Shown: piece after piece, positions 24,511-36,785 of the stretch | Layout of the letters: every line of letters begins with the position of its first letter | Numbering within the stretch: position 1 is the first letter of the stretch | DNA from: Vicugna vicugna | Taxonomy: Eukaryota | Reading direction: 5' to 3' | Assembly (NCBI GenBank): GCA_013265495.1 | Contig: MU058636.1 | Span: 10,081,066 to 10,145,065, forward strand | DNA length: 64,000 bases | Notes under the pieces: model-generated | Databases searched by the model: none | Seen by the model: only the letters and a program-made list of their open reading frames with translations | What the model was told of the DNA's origin: nothing | Translations under genes and position numbers: made by a program

Positions 24511-25307
24511 AAAAATATTTCTTTATAACGATTCCTGAGATGAATAGGTGAAAAAAAATTACTTTATTATCCCACCCCTTAGGGCTGAGTCAGCTGGGGA
24601 GAGAGAAGGCTGGTGCTGTGTTCTTTTCAAACACAGTTCATCATCTTAATTTCTTTAAAAAACCAATTCACTTCCTTTCCTCCTCCCCATAAAAGCTCTT
24701 TGGGAAGTTTTGCTTTATTGCTAATGGTTTTCTTTATAACTGGATGATCAATTCAACTGAGATTAATTGAGCATGAAGCTGGAAGCATCTGTGAAGCCAT
24801 TTATCAGGGAGAAGGAGCCGGAGCACACTGGAGCCCACCAGCTGTCATTATCTGCGCTCTCGTTCCAGCAGCCTCAGGCACACCTGAGCCTCAGGTGGCC
24901 CACGTGTTCACTGAGTGTGCGGGCGAGCGAGGGGAGAGCCCACCGGCTCCCACCCCACTGCAGAGAGGCCGTGTCGCTGCAGGTGATCCTTGCAAACCTG
25001 AAATGCCGAACTTACTCCACTGTCATGCCAGCATCTTGCTGTAACACTGTTTACTAAAAAAAAATTTAATGTAATTGAAAGCAGATCCGATCTGGATCCT
25101 ATCCAATGGAGTTTCATTAATGAAGTACTGAAAGCATCCATCTTCTTATGAAGCAGTATCCAGCATGGGCTTTGCAATAGTACATTAGTAGAGTTTTGGA
25201 ATAAGATTCCATCTGTGCATTTATTTGCCAGTAGTGTAGGTTGCCTTTGCTTACAAATAACCATTTGTGATGTGTGTGTGTGAACAAGTGAACATGCACT
25301 GAATACT

Positions 25308-25308
<1 letters not shown>

Positions 25309-25347
<39 letters not shown>
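25309..25347. repeat. (GAT)13 microsatellite at a MIR tail
   Basis: Perfect trinucleotide run, read directly. Confidence 0.95.
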
Positions 25348-25570
25348 AGATATTTCTAGGACTATATGTCTGGCAATCTTGGAAGCACTTTGCAGCTACA
25401 ACCTCATATAATCCTCATAACCTATGAAGTATGGGTTCTGTTATTTCCCTTTTTTAACAGATGAGCCAACCGAACACAGAGAGGTTAAGTAGCTTGCCCA
25501 CAGTTACACAGCAAGTCAGTGGCAGAGCTGGGTTTCCAACTCCACAGTGGGGCCCCACAGTCCATGCACC
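25348..25570 (-). mobile_element. MIR SINE
   Basis: ctcatataatcctcataacc...acagatgag...agagaggttaagtagcttgcccacagttacacagc. Confidence 0.85.
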
Positions 25571-25934
25571 ACCCAACCTTTTCTGTTACACTGCCTCATG
25601 CGTGTGTATGTGTGTACACTTCTCAAGCACACACATCAGCCAATTGCCTTTTTTCAGTTCCTACACAAATCCAGGAATGCAGGAAGTTCTGCAGCTGGCC
25701 TACATCAGCTTTTCAAGCTCTGAAGCCAAGGTTGCTCTCAATCAGTCATCTGAGCCCAGGTGTTGCATCCTTTGCCCGCCGTCTTCCCTAGGCAGAAAGG
25801 CGCGAGGAGACACTCTTCCCACCCGAGGCTAGTTCTTCCTTTCCTTTTACACGGGGGGAGTTCAATTCATTTGTGTGTATGTGACTGTTGGACAATCACA
25901 GGTACATATGATATTCCAGATGCGCTACCCTACT

Positions 25935-26695
25935 CCAGTGGTTAATTTTATGTGTCATTTCGGCTGGGCCACAGGGCCCAGGTGTGTCATCAGACATTAA
26001 CCCGGATGTTTCTGTGAGGGTGTTTGAGATGAGATGTAAATTTAACTTGGTGGTCTTTGGGTAAAGCAGATTGTCCTCCATGATGTGAGTGGGCCTCATC
26101 CAATCAGTTGAAGGCCTGAATAGAACAAAAGACTAATCTCCCCTGAGCAAGAGGGAATTCTGCCAGCAGATGGCCTTCAGACTTGAACTGCAGCATCAGC
26201 TCTTCCTGGGTGTCCTAGCCCGTTCAGGCAGCTGTAACTAATACCACAGATGGGGTGGCTGAGAAACAACAGAAGTTTATTTCTCACAGTTCTGGAGGCT
26301 TGAAGCCCAGGACTAGGGTGCCAGCACGGTCAGGTGAGGGCCCTCTTCTGGGTTGCAGACTTCTCCTTGTATCCTCACAAGGCAGAAGGGGCGAGGGAGC
26401 CTTCTGGACCCTCCTTCATGAGGGCATTCACCTCATTCATGAAGGCTCTGCCTCCCTAATCACACCCCAGAGGCCCTGTCTCCTAAGAGCATCCCATTGG
26501 GCATTCAGATTTCAACACGCGAATCTGGGGGTACTCAAGCATTCAGACCATCACACTGCATCTTGAGCCTGGCCTCTCACCCTGCAGGTTTTGGATCATT
26601 AGCCTCCAAAATCACGTGAACCAATTCCTAAAAGTAAACCTCCTTTTATACATACGTCAACACACTCTGTGCGTTCTGTTTCCCTGGAGAAGCGC
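25935..26695 (+). mobile_element. ERVL solo LTR (MLT2B-like), split by an MLT1A
   Basis: tggttaattttatgtgtca...gtgggcctcatccaatcagttgaaggcctgaatagaacaaaa. Resumes after 26555 and ends ttctgtttccctggagaa. Confidence 0.9.
26211..26555 (-). mobile_element. MaLR solo LTR (MLT1A-like) nested in MLT2B
   Basis: TG...CA termini. aacaacagaagtttatttctcacagttctggaggc...cattcagaccatcaca. Confidence 0.9.
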
Positions 26696-28090
26696 ATCAC
26701 ATCTGCACATGGTCAGACGTGTTCAGAGCGTACACAGCCTCTGCCTGCTGTCACCAGGGGAAGTGTTCTGCTTTGCGGAGGGGGAATTAAATGACCTTTC
26801 AACTCTATACAAAGCTAAAACGTAAGGTTTGGTTATTCCAGTACATGGTGCTTCCCTTAGTACAGATTCCGACCTCAGGGAAAGCCCTCTTCACCCATGG
26901 GACCAAAGATAAAAATAGGACCAACTATGAGGCTCTAGACCCGGTGTTTAAAGGGACAGAGCACATGAAGCACCAGGCCTCACTCAAGAAGGAAACCAAG
27001 TGTGGGGCCCGGATCCTGCCCCTGGCCTTTTAAAGTCTGAATCACAGAAGTCACAAAGGGAGGGGGAAGCGTGTCCTCTCCCACCACGGTTTTTCCTAAG
27101 GGAAAAACAACAATGACTGAAGGAAATCCTTTGTGGGAGACTTCCTACCATTCCAGAGCCACCATTAAAAAAAAAGGAAAAAAAAAAAAGCTCCCGGAAT
27201 TGGGCTACCAATCCTGGCAAGAGACCAGGACGGAACTTGCTAAGGGGATCATTTTGCTCTTCCTGTTGAAGTTATTCTGCAAGTAGCCACGGTCATCGCC
27301 ACTGAGCCAAGCTTCCTACTGGGTGTCATGTTCATAGGCAGGGTACCCACCTAAATGTCTTTGATTCAAGAACCATTTTCTGTGCTAGCTCCTCCATCAA
27401 AGGGACATGTCACCCCTAGGGACGTGGAAGCTGCAACCAGTGTCCCAACCAGACACTGCTATGAGGACGTGCATAAATGTGAGCCTGGTATCTTATAACA
27501 TTTCTCACCTTCCCACCACGTGCTTCACATCAGAGACAGACTCTTGCAAGTCAGCCTTCTGCCCAACAATGCTAACCAGGAGCCTATTTCCCCTGACTTC
27601 ATAACGCATCAACCCAAAACTCCAGCCAGTTTCCTAAAAATGTAACCAATATAGTACAAGACACCTATGCATTCATGTCTAAGTCATGAATCACCCTGTT
27701 AGGGTGTAAAGTGCTTCAAGCATTACTTCCTGATCACCAAAGCATGAATTTGTTTGTAACAAGTAGTTGCTTGATTGACTTGCCGTGTGGCTTCTCCCTT
27801 AGCCCTAACTGCCAAGGAGCACACCCCAAGGTGACATCCAATGTGCCTTTAAAACAAAATTTAAAATGTTAACCCAAGATTATTCCCGCACATCGTTTTG
27901 TTTAAATGTTATATGGAGCTTGGGGTCATAAGTATACATTTTTTAAATATAATCACTGACTGAAAACCATTGTACTAAGAGATACACACGTTCCATGAGG
28001 TGGGGTTTTAATAATTCCAGAAGCATTCTATTGAGAAAAATGTTCCCAGGGGAGACATTGTGGAGAATGTATCTCTCATTTCCTTGTTTA

Positions 28091-28395
28091 CAGGCAAACC
28101 TCATTTTATCGAGCTTTGAGGATACTGCATTTTTTACAAACTGAAGGTTTGTGTCAACCCTATGTTGAGCAAGTCTTTCGGTGCCATTTTCCAACAACAT
28201 TATTTTTAAATTAACGTATGTACATTGTTTTTTAAGACATAATTCTATTGCACACTTAATAGACTACATTGTATTGTAAATATACCTTTTGTATGCACTA
28301 GGAAACCAAAACATTCGTGTGACTCGCTTTAATGTGATATTCACTTTATGCCAGTGATCTGGAACTGAACCCACAATAACTCCAAGGTCTGTCTG
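28091..28395 (+). mobile_element. Tigger1 internal-deletion derivative
   Basis: ta|caggcaaacctc at the left end and aaggtctgtctg at the right end. Internal tttttacaaactgaaggtttgtg and atgcactaggaaaccaaaa. Confidence 0.9.
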
Positions 28396-28550
28396 TGTTT
28401 TATTATCTGTCTCCCCTCACTGGATTGTAAACTCTGCAAGAGCAGGGATTATTTCTGTTTTGCTGATAAGCCCCCAGTGCCCAGAGAAGACAGACGTGTG
28501 TCCTTTGAAGTCCTGTAAAGGAAATGTGTAATGCACGCTGGATGAATCGA
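28396..28550 (+). mobile_element. L2 3' end (Tigger1 target)
   Basis: tatctgtctcccctcactggattgtaaactctgcaagagcaggga...cccccagtgccc. Confidence 0.8.
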
Positions 28551-28619
28551 TCAGCAATCGTCAGGGAGGCTGAAGGGCAATGGAGGGATTATTAAAATCC
28601 TCATCACCTACAAGGAGCT

Positions 28620-28705
28620 ATGAAAAGAGCACTGGACCAGGAGTCAGGAGTCCTGAGTTTTGAGTCTTGGACTGGCCCCTCAGTTACTCACTGCGTGACT
28701 TGACG
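28620..28705 (+). mobile_element. MIR 5' part
   Basis: aaagagcactggaccaggagtcaggagtcctgagttt. Confidence 0.75.
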
Positions 28706-29279
28706 GGAGAGGCCCATAATGGGAGAGGAAAAAGCAGGTGCAGTCTCTACTGGGAGGAAACAGGGGCAGGTAGCAAAAGAGAAAGCACAGAATTTGGTTT
28801 AGAAGGGGGCCTCCCTTGGGCACTCCCTTCTCGCTGCACAGCATCGTACCTGGCGGTGATGCTCAAAAACAAAGAAACCATCTCAGAAGCACCGAACAGG
28901 GTTCCAGGAACTCAATCCGCATTCCCTTTAACAACCTTTCTGCGTGCAGGAAAAAAAAAAAAGGCAGCTGGGCTTTCCAGCAAAGAGGCACGAAGCTGTG
29001 GTTTCCCCTGGGGTGTCACCCCTCCGGCAATGCTGCTTCCGGTAGGTGTGTCCCCAGCCTCCGTTCCTTGTCGGAGGCTCACACACAGTAACCACAATGT
29101 GGAGATGACGGAGGTCGCCCAGGGCTGTGTGTGGCTACCGGTGCTGGGAAAGAGAGTCCAGCAGAGCAAAGAGAATGAGCCCGCATCCCATTCCAGGTAG
29201 AGGTGGACACTGAAGGAGGCTCCTCCCATCAGTATGGACAGTTTACTGACAAGCAAGACAGCCGGGCGCAGATGAGGAC

Positions 29280-29480
29280 ACTGCAGGCACAGTGCTAACC
29301 CCTTTGTGGACATAACAGAATCTGGCTTTCAAATAGCCTTAGGAAGCAGGTTCTATTGTTGCAGGTGAAGAGACTGAGACTCAGCTTAAGTGTCTTCCTA
29401 AAGGTCACACGGACAGGCTATGGAAGAGACAGGACTAAATCCCTGCGGACTGGCCCCAGAACTCCAGCTCCTTAACAACC
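29280..29480 (-). mobile_element. MIR SINE
   Basis: gcaggtgaagagactgagactcag...aaggtcacacgg...ctccttaac. Confidence 0.7.
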
Positions 29481-29519
29481 TCCTGTCCGGATGAGCTCTG
29501 GGCACGCCTTCCCCCATCC

Positions 29520-30010
29520 AAGCCTGGAGTCCACCCCATCCCTGCTGCAGTGTCTCAGCTCCCAAGGCACTCGGTCATCTCCACATGTGCTCTTGACTCT
29601 TCTGTCTTTAAAAGTCCTTTCACACCGAAGTCCTCCAAGCCCCGGCCAGACTCTTTCTTGCCGTCATGGCCAGAGTCCTACAAAAAGCGTGCAACGCGGC
29701 CTTCTCACCTCCTCCTCACTCCCCACACTTGACTTATCAGAAGCTTCTGATCTCACCAAATCACCAACCATCCCTGTTTTGCTAAGCAGGCTTTTTTTTT
29801 TTTTTAGTTACTATTTTCTTTGATTTCTCAGCGCTTTGACACTGTTAACCAGCACCTTGTTCTAACCTGCTCTTCCTTTGCCACCTCTCCGGCTTTTCCT
29901 CCCAGTTCTCTGGCTGCCTGACCTTGTCGACCTCAGGTGCCCTTGCAACTCCGCCTATCCCTTCAATGCTGAGGTTTCTCAGGATTCTGTCCTGGACCCT
30001 CCCTCTCACC
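29520..30010 (+). mobile_element. L2 LINE reverse-transcriptase region (decayed)
   Basis: tttgatttctcagcgctttgacactgttaaccag corresponds to the DLSAAFDTVDH motif. EVSQDSVLDP corresponds to GVPQGSVLGP. Confidence 0.8.
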
Positions 30011-30189
30011 CTGGACCCTCTCTGGGTGGGGTTTTGCTCAATCTTGTCAATTATTATTATTATCACAATCAGTCCTGCCTGACTACTTTCTAACACTATC
30101 TGAACAAAAACTTAGAGACACACAATGAACAGAGAGATGACATGGCCCTAGGGATGGGTCGGTGACAATATAGTGTCCAACTCCACCTC

Positions 30190-30343
30190 AGTGCTTCTCA
30201 ACCCTAGTTGAACTTTAGAATCACCTAGAGAGCTTTAAAAATATAGGTCAAGTGAATCAGAATTTCCAGGTACAGGGTCAGGCATCAGCATTTCCCAAAC
30301 ATTTCTCAGTAAATTCCAATGTACATCCAGCTGAGAACTTCTC
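30190..30343 (+). mobile_element. MER5-type hAT-Charlie MITE
   Basis: cagtgcttctcaacc...tagaatcacct...tgaatcagaat...tgagaact. Confidence 0.75.
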
Positions 30344-30764
30344 TTTCGCATACAGGCAAGCTTGTGCACTTTAAGCCACTGTCTTATTGCCTGTGGGGAG
30401 AAAGGGGCAGGAGTGAGGGGCTGGGATATGGACAAGCCCTGAAAGAAATCCTTTGAGGGTCTGAATGTCCTAATATGCAATCAGGCCTTTGTCCAGTAAT
30501 GTGTGTTGTAATTTCAGTTTGACATTTTCCATTGGGTGGAGCTGGGAAAACCAGAGCACGAGGCCCCCCAGAAACCAGGCTTGTTCTTTTACAGGAAAAT
30601 TTCCTAGTCTATGTGGCACAGATAGTAATGACAAAACACATTTCTAGAGCAGATTACAGCTATCAATGCAGTTTCCTAGGCATTACCTCAGTGGAGACTT
30701 GCAGTCGCTTTTATTTTTTGTTTTTTTGTTTGTTTTTGCATTGTGGATATTTACTCCAACGTTT

Positions 30765-31908
30765 CCCCATTGAATAGCTTTAGTGAGGTATAGCTGATAT
30801 ACAATAACCTGAATATGTCTAAGTGTTGGCTTGATACATTTTGGTACATGAAACCATCTCCACGATCTATTGGTAAACATACCCATCACCCCCAGAAAAT
30901 TTCCTCAAGCTCCTTCATAATCACTCCATGCAACCTCACCCCCAGCTCCAGGCGACCATGGGCCTGCTTTCTGTAACCACTGACTAGTCCACATTTTCTA
31001 GAATTTTACATGAATCGACATACACAGCATTTGTCTGTCTCTTTTCATTCACCATAATTATTTTGAGATTCATCCACATTGTTGCTTACTAGTATTCCAC
31101 TTTATGGATAGCTCATAACGTACTTATTCATTCTCCTCTAGATGGACATTTGAGTTGTTTCCAGTTTATAGCTATAAACATTCATGTGCAAGCCTTTGTA
31201 GGGATATATGCTTTCAGTTCTTTGGAGATAAATACCTAGCAGTGGGATGGCTGTATCATAGGGTAAGTGGGTGTTTAAGTTTTTAAGAAACTATCAAACC
31301 ATTTACCAATGTGGTTGTACCATTTCACATTGCCAACAGGAGTGTATGAATTTCCAGTTCCTCCAACTCCTCATCAACAATCGGTATGGCCAGTCTTTTT
31401 AATTTTATCTATCCTTATAGGTATGTAGTGACATCTCCTTATGATTATCTCTTTAATAACTAATGATGAACTTCAACCCTGACCCCACAAGAGCTGTGTA
31501 TCTCCAACATAAATTATAAACCTAAATATAAAAACAAAAATTATGAAACATCTAGAAGAAAACACAGTTGCAAAATATATTTGCAGTCTTATTAGGCAAA
31601 GATTTCTTAGCTAGGACACAAAAGGAAAAACAAAAGCATTTATAAAATAATATGCTGAACTTTTTCAAAACTAAAATCTTTTGCCCTCCTTAAGATATTA
31701 TTAAGAGAATGGAAAGATAAGCACATCTGGGAGAGATTTTTGGAAAGTGTATAGCTGGTGATATTTTTTAAGTGTCTATCTGGTGAAAGATTTGTATCTA
31801 GAATATATGAAGAACTTACAAAATTCAATAAAAGAAAGCAAACGATCCATTTTTTCAAATGGGTGAAAGATTTGAACAGTCACTTCACCAGATATGATAA
31901 CAAATAAA
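30765..31908 (-). mobile_element. Old L1 (L1MB-like) with 5' inversion: antisense 30765-31468, sense 31469-31908
   Basis: Antisense 3' UTR/ORF2 (gatggacatttgagttgtttccag, caatgtggttgtaccatttcacattg), followed by sense ORF2 (aaacctaaatataaaa...ctagaagaaaacacag...gatttgaacagtcacttcacc). Confidence 0.85.
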
Positions 31909-31934
31909 AACCCAAAAATATGCCCAACACCACT

Positions 31935-32092
31935 GTCCTCGTAATCACTTTTAAGGTAAGCCAGGTAAGGGTCATTATCATCATCATCATCTCCATTTTG
32001 CAGATGCGAAAACAGTCTCAAAGAGGTCATGTGACTTAAGATGGTACAACCAGAAAGTAGAAAGTCTGGACCAGAGTCTCTGGCTCCAGCCC
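31935..32092 (-). mobile_element. MIR SINE
   Basis: ctccattttgcagatgcgaaaacagtctcaaagaggtcatgtgactt. Confidence 0.8.
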
Positions 32093-34184
32093 TGTGTCTT
32101 TCCATGACACAGCCAGCAATTCAGAGAGCCAGCAGCCACTGCAGGGCAGCATCCTGTGAGAAGAGTTGGGCGTGTGCAGGACTGGGCACACATCGTCGGC
32201 ACACAGAGACAGCAACACACACAGAAGAGGAGAGGAGAAGGCAGGGGCGGGAATGTCTAGGCTAACCAGGGCTGGAACTTGCTGAACCCTGGGAGTACTC
32301 AGACTCTAACAGGTTGGGAACATCGCCAAGCAGGTGAAGAGTCAAAAGCCAGAGACGATCACGTGTGCCAGAGACCAGTGCAGGTTGGGGGTCAACTCCC
32401 AGGCAGGTTATCCACGCAGCAGACGGAAGCCTCAGTGCTGCCTGTGATGGGTAGCTGTGGCAGAGAGAGGAGCCTTGGAGCTACACTGGAGAGATGAGTA
32501 GATTATCATGACCAGAACAAAGTCAGAGCCAGGCACAGCCCTGGTGCACTGGAGGCGGCAGAGGTAAGGAGGAAGGTGCCCTTCGTGACCAAGGAATACA
32601 CTGCGGGGCACAGATGGGGCAGGAACCGGAGGGTGGGATTGATCTAAGCAGGCCACTCCAGGGAGGTGACATTCAGTTGCTCTTGGAGGCTGATAAATAA
32701 AAAGTCACTGGTAGGAGTTGTGGGTCTAATGTGATTCATTTTAGCTTCCTGGATTTCAGTTCTCAACTTCTGTTTTAATTGCTCCTTGATTAGATGGTCT
32801 CAAAATGAATAACTGAATTTTTTTAAATATTACTCATCTGCATGCCTCTAATCACATCATTGATCTCTCTAATCAGCAGTCTCAACCTTGTGCCTGACGA
32901 TGCTGTCTTACAGGTATTGGGGGAAGCCCACAGCCAACAGAAGGTCCTGGACTTGCAAAAGAAACCACTCTTTGCCATTCTTCCACAAGAAGATGGGCAT
33001 TGCCTGTCAAGACAGAAATGCAGGGGACAAGTGGCACGTGGTGGAGGGGGTTTTGAAAATGCAATATCTCAAATTAAACACACCAGGTGCAGTGCTTTTT
33101 TTAAATCTGCATTAACTTCAGTTTCCTTTTCTGTGCTGTTAACAGATCATTCAATTTGGTTTACAGGTTCTGTTATTTACTATTAACTACAAGTGGCCTT
33201 TGAATCGGTCTTTTCTCTCAACAATTTGCCATGCCTTACATTGATTTTAGAAAATTATTTTAACTTTCAATTTTAAGTTTTAGTTTTACCCTAAAAGTTG
33301 GGCTTTGGCTACAACAGGTTTAAGGCCAAAGATCTCATGGAAATGCAAGAGCCCCTTAATAGACAGTTACTGGTGGTAAGTTTCAGGATGCGTCATCAGT
33401 CACTAATTTCTTCTGCTCGGAGGCCTCCCAAGCCCAGCCACGCCATCCGCATACTTAAGCTACCTTCCACCGTCCTGCCCCAGCCATGTCAGGCCAAGTC
33501 ACAGTCAGAAGCATGTCACAGACTGGAGAGAAAGCCCCAAAGGTCTCCAGTGACATTCCAGTACTGCCAGAGTCCAGGCCAGGGCACCCAGAAGAACATC
33601 CATTTGCACAAATCCAAGACAGTCTCCTGTGAGCATCCAGCAAAGGGCCCCGGGCTTGTGGACTTTGGACCCAGAGCTGGGTCGTGAGCGAGGCCAGACA
33701 CAGCCCTGAGCCAGCACTTCCTCCCTGTCTGTGCCCAGATCCGACCTGATTTCCCATGTGATCATTTCAGATTCACTCAAGGAACTGGTTTCCTCGGGCA
33801 GCACATTTCTGAGAGGTCAGGAGCTCTGTCTCTTGAGCCTCTAGCAGGGGGTGTCACAAAATATCCCCCTGGCTTCCCCCACCTCCCAGAAAGCTATAAG
33901 TGCCACTGCAGAGCAAGAAGGCATGCAAGAAGCATGGTGACTAAAAAGGCGCCTTGTGTCAGTAACATAACCTAAAAATAGCATTTGCCACTCTCATAGG
34001 CTCGGAGCTCTTACGTGAACTTTGGCCTCATTCCCCGAACACCAGTTAACCTAACATCCTGGAGGTCATCTGCCGCTACATTTTCCACAAAGCCATAAAA
34101 ATTACAGCTGTCGAGAGCCGGACGGGCCCTTAGAGATTGTCCATGCCACCCTCTATGTGATCGTCAGCCACAGATGAGAAACAA

Positions 34185-34400
34185 TGTTGACAACGCCATT
34201 TACCGACCATAGACCGTGTCCCAGGAACCACAGGAGTGCCTCCTTTAATCCCCCAATGGCCCATCAGAGTTGGGACTTTATTGTGCACATCTGACAGGTG
34301 AGGCTTTAAGAGTGGCTAAGCAACGTGTCCAATGGCACACACTGAGGAAGGGGCAGCACCTGGGTCCCAGCCTTGCTCCCTCGCGCTCCGAACCACTGCA
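34185..34400 (-). mobile_element. MIR SINE
   Basis: ctcctttaatccccc...acaggtgagg...gctaagcaacgtgtccaatggcacaca. Confidence 0.7.
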
Positions 34401-34587
34401 ATATATCGGCTGCTTCTCCAGCCATTGAGACTCCATGAACTTCCAGAACTCTGGAATCCCAGTGGGACTCTCTGTTGGCTGAAGCTTTCCATTCCCACAC
34501 AGGGCAAATCACATACAACCCCCAAGAACATTGCACCTACCTCCTGGACAGGCCCAACACAACTGCTACTTCTTAATGTTTCTGTTA

Positions 34588-34700
34588 AATCATAAAATGC
34601 TAGAGCTGCAGGGGTCTTTTGAGGACGTTTGGCCCAAGTCTTCATTTTAGAAATAAGGATGCAATGGCCTTCCCAGGACCCCATAGCTAGAAGGCAGATG
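34588..34700 (-). mobile_element. MIR3/MIRc-type fragment
   Basis: aatcataaaatgctagagctgcagggg...cttcattttagaaataagga. Confidence 0.6.
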
Positions 34701-36049
34701 AAGGAGTAATGTTTTGGAGTTTAAAATGGTACACTGGTTTATCAACTCCATTCCCTTTTTTCCCCCTAAAAATGCAGTTGGACCTACAACCTGGTGTTAG
34801 AAGCAGATAAGAAAGATCATCGTCCTTTCCCGAAAAGAATTCCCTCTCCAGTTGAGATTATTAACCTTTTGGAGGCTTTGACTTTTATTCCAGAACTTAT
34901 GGAACATGTAGCGCAAGGGTATAATGTGCCTTAACTTGAAAAAGGTCAGTTCCCTCTTTGGGGCTTTCTAGCAACCGTATAATAATGCTGTGCGTTTATA
35001 TGGAGCATTTTCCACCAGGTGAACAGAAGCATCAGCGTTTAGTATCTCTCAGTTATTTTTTGAAGTGAACGGTCAGTGGATGGGTAGGCCCCCGAGTTCC
35101 GAGCACAGGGGAATACGTGGGAAGTCAGGGGCAGATCAAGGAAGCAGAAGACTCAGCCCCTCGCTGCCAGGGGTTTAGAATCTTTGAGAATTTTCTTCCC
35201 CTTTTCCCCACAAGAAACAGCCAAGGAAAAACCAAGAGCCATATATATTCTTTGAGCCAGCTGGTTAAATCTAAAGAAAAGAAAAGAAAAGTGAAAAGGG
35301 GGCAAATAGGAAAATGATGAGACTAACAGAAAGGAAAGAGAGAAGAGGAAAGAACGTGATCAGCGAGGTGGGGGGAAGAGGAGGCAACAGCGCTACATCC
35401 CGGGGACGTCCCAGCTCAGCAGGGGTTTTCACGGATGCAGACAGGGAGGGCCTCCAAGTCAGCAGGCAGAGCCCCCAGTCCAGACTTAATGGCAAGGAGC
35501 CGAGCTCCAGCCTTGCAGGGAGGAGTGGGAGCCAGGGTCTATCTGACACAACAAACACGCCAGGGATTGGACACCTTGCGGGCTGGGCCAAGAGGGAGAC
35601 AGAGAAGTCAGAACAAGACAAGCCCTCCGGAGGTGACCAACGAGCATTTGGGCCAAGGAATCAGGACAGAAGCCAGGTCACCAGAACTGAGGTCACAAGG
35701 ACTTGCATCTCGGAGTGAGACCAGAGCACACTGATGGGAATCAGGTCACGAACTCGGGGCTGGACCAGCGGCAAGGCTTACATGAGGACGACCTGCAGAA
35801 TGCTGGCTCGGCGCTTTCTAAATCCCTTTTGTCCATGGTCAAATCTGGTTTGAGAGACCCAGCCAAGGCTGCCTGGGCAGGGAGAGGGGAGGAGTCGAGG
35901 GACTTGAGGTGTGAAGGGCAGTCGGATGAGAAGACAGATGTGAGTGGACAGATTCAGGAGGATCATTACCGAGGATCATTACTGACCTTGTCAAACAGAA
36001 GTCCATCCGGAATCAGAGAACCCCAAATGCAGCAGGTTAACCTCCAGGC

Positions 36050-36260
36050 AAAATAGGGAATGGTTAAAGAAACTGGAAATGTTCAGGCTGGAAAAGAGAA
36101 AATTCAGCCCAAGGGAAGCCGTAGATGAATTCAAATATTTAAATGCCACATGAAAGTCTAGATGCATCCTGTGTGTCTAGTCAAACAGAACGGAGCCCAG
36201 CGGGTGGAATTCCCAGGGAGCAGTTTTTATCTCAATAGAAGGAAAGTGTTAGTACAGCCT
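36050..36260 (+). mobile_element. L3/CR1 LINE 3' ORF2 remnant
   Basis: Translates as EWLKKLEMFRLEKRK...FKYL, then a segment resembling GWKLQGGRFRLNIRK, typical of the CR1 C-terminus. Confidence 0.8.
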
Positions 36261-36429
36261 GCCTCTGCTGGCTCCAAAACAGTCACTCACTTTGTATCCA
36301 TTCAACAAGCGCCGACGGATCAGGGTAACTATACACCCTGGTTCACCCAGCACAGTGCCAGCTTATGCTGCGGTATCAGCTCCCAGCCTTCCTCCCAGCC
36401 TGGTTTGAATAATACTTTAGATGCCCCTG

Positions 36430-36785
36430 ACTCACTGAGCACCTGCTATATGCCAGAAATCGGACTGAACACTGAAGACACAATTAAGCACCATTCCCGG
36501 CTTTGTCTAGCTCATAGTCTAGTTAGAAAAGGAGACACTGAAAGAACAAACTAGCATATGATATGGTAAAAGCTGTATGAGCAAAAGAACTGGGATGAAG
36601 ACATTAATTTTAATACCAGGGATGAAAAGGCATTCGCAGCTCACTCAATACCACCTTCTTCATTTACTCACTTAACCCACGTTGGCTGAGCAGTGCTGTG
36701 TGCCAGACGCTATGCAGGTACTGCTGACACAGCACCAAACGAAACAGAAAGCTTCCCTTCCCTCCTGAAAACTGTGTGGCAAACG
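36430..36785 (-). mobile_element. Two tandem L2 3' ends
   Basis: actgagcacctgctatatgccag...ctcatagtctagtt and ttcatttactcactt...ctgtgtgccagacgc. Confidence 0.75.

Noticed and set aside
28667..29200. 177-aa plus-strand ORF
   Set aside because: Begins inside a MIR, crosses a poly(A) run, and has no recognisable homology.
33838..33857. CTCF-like CTAGCAGGGGGTGTCA (also CCGCCAGAGGGGAC at about 62154)
   Set aside because: Mismatches at core positions. It cannot be supported without a PWM score or ChIP data.
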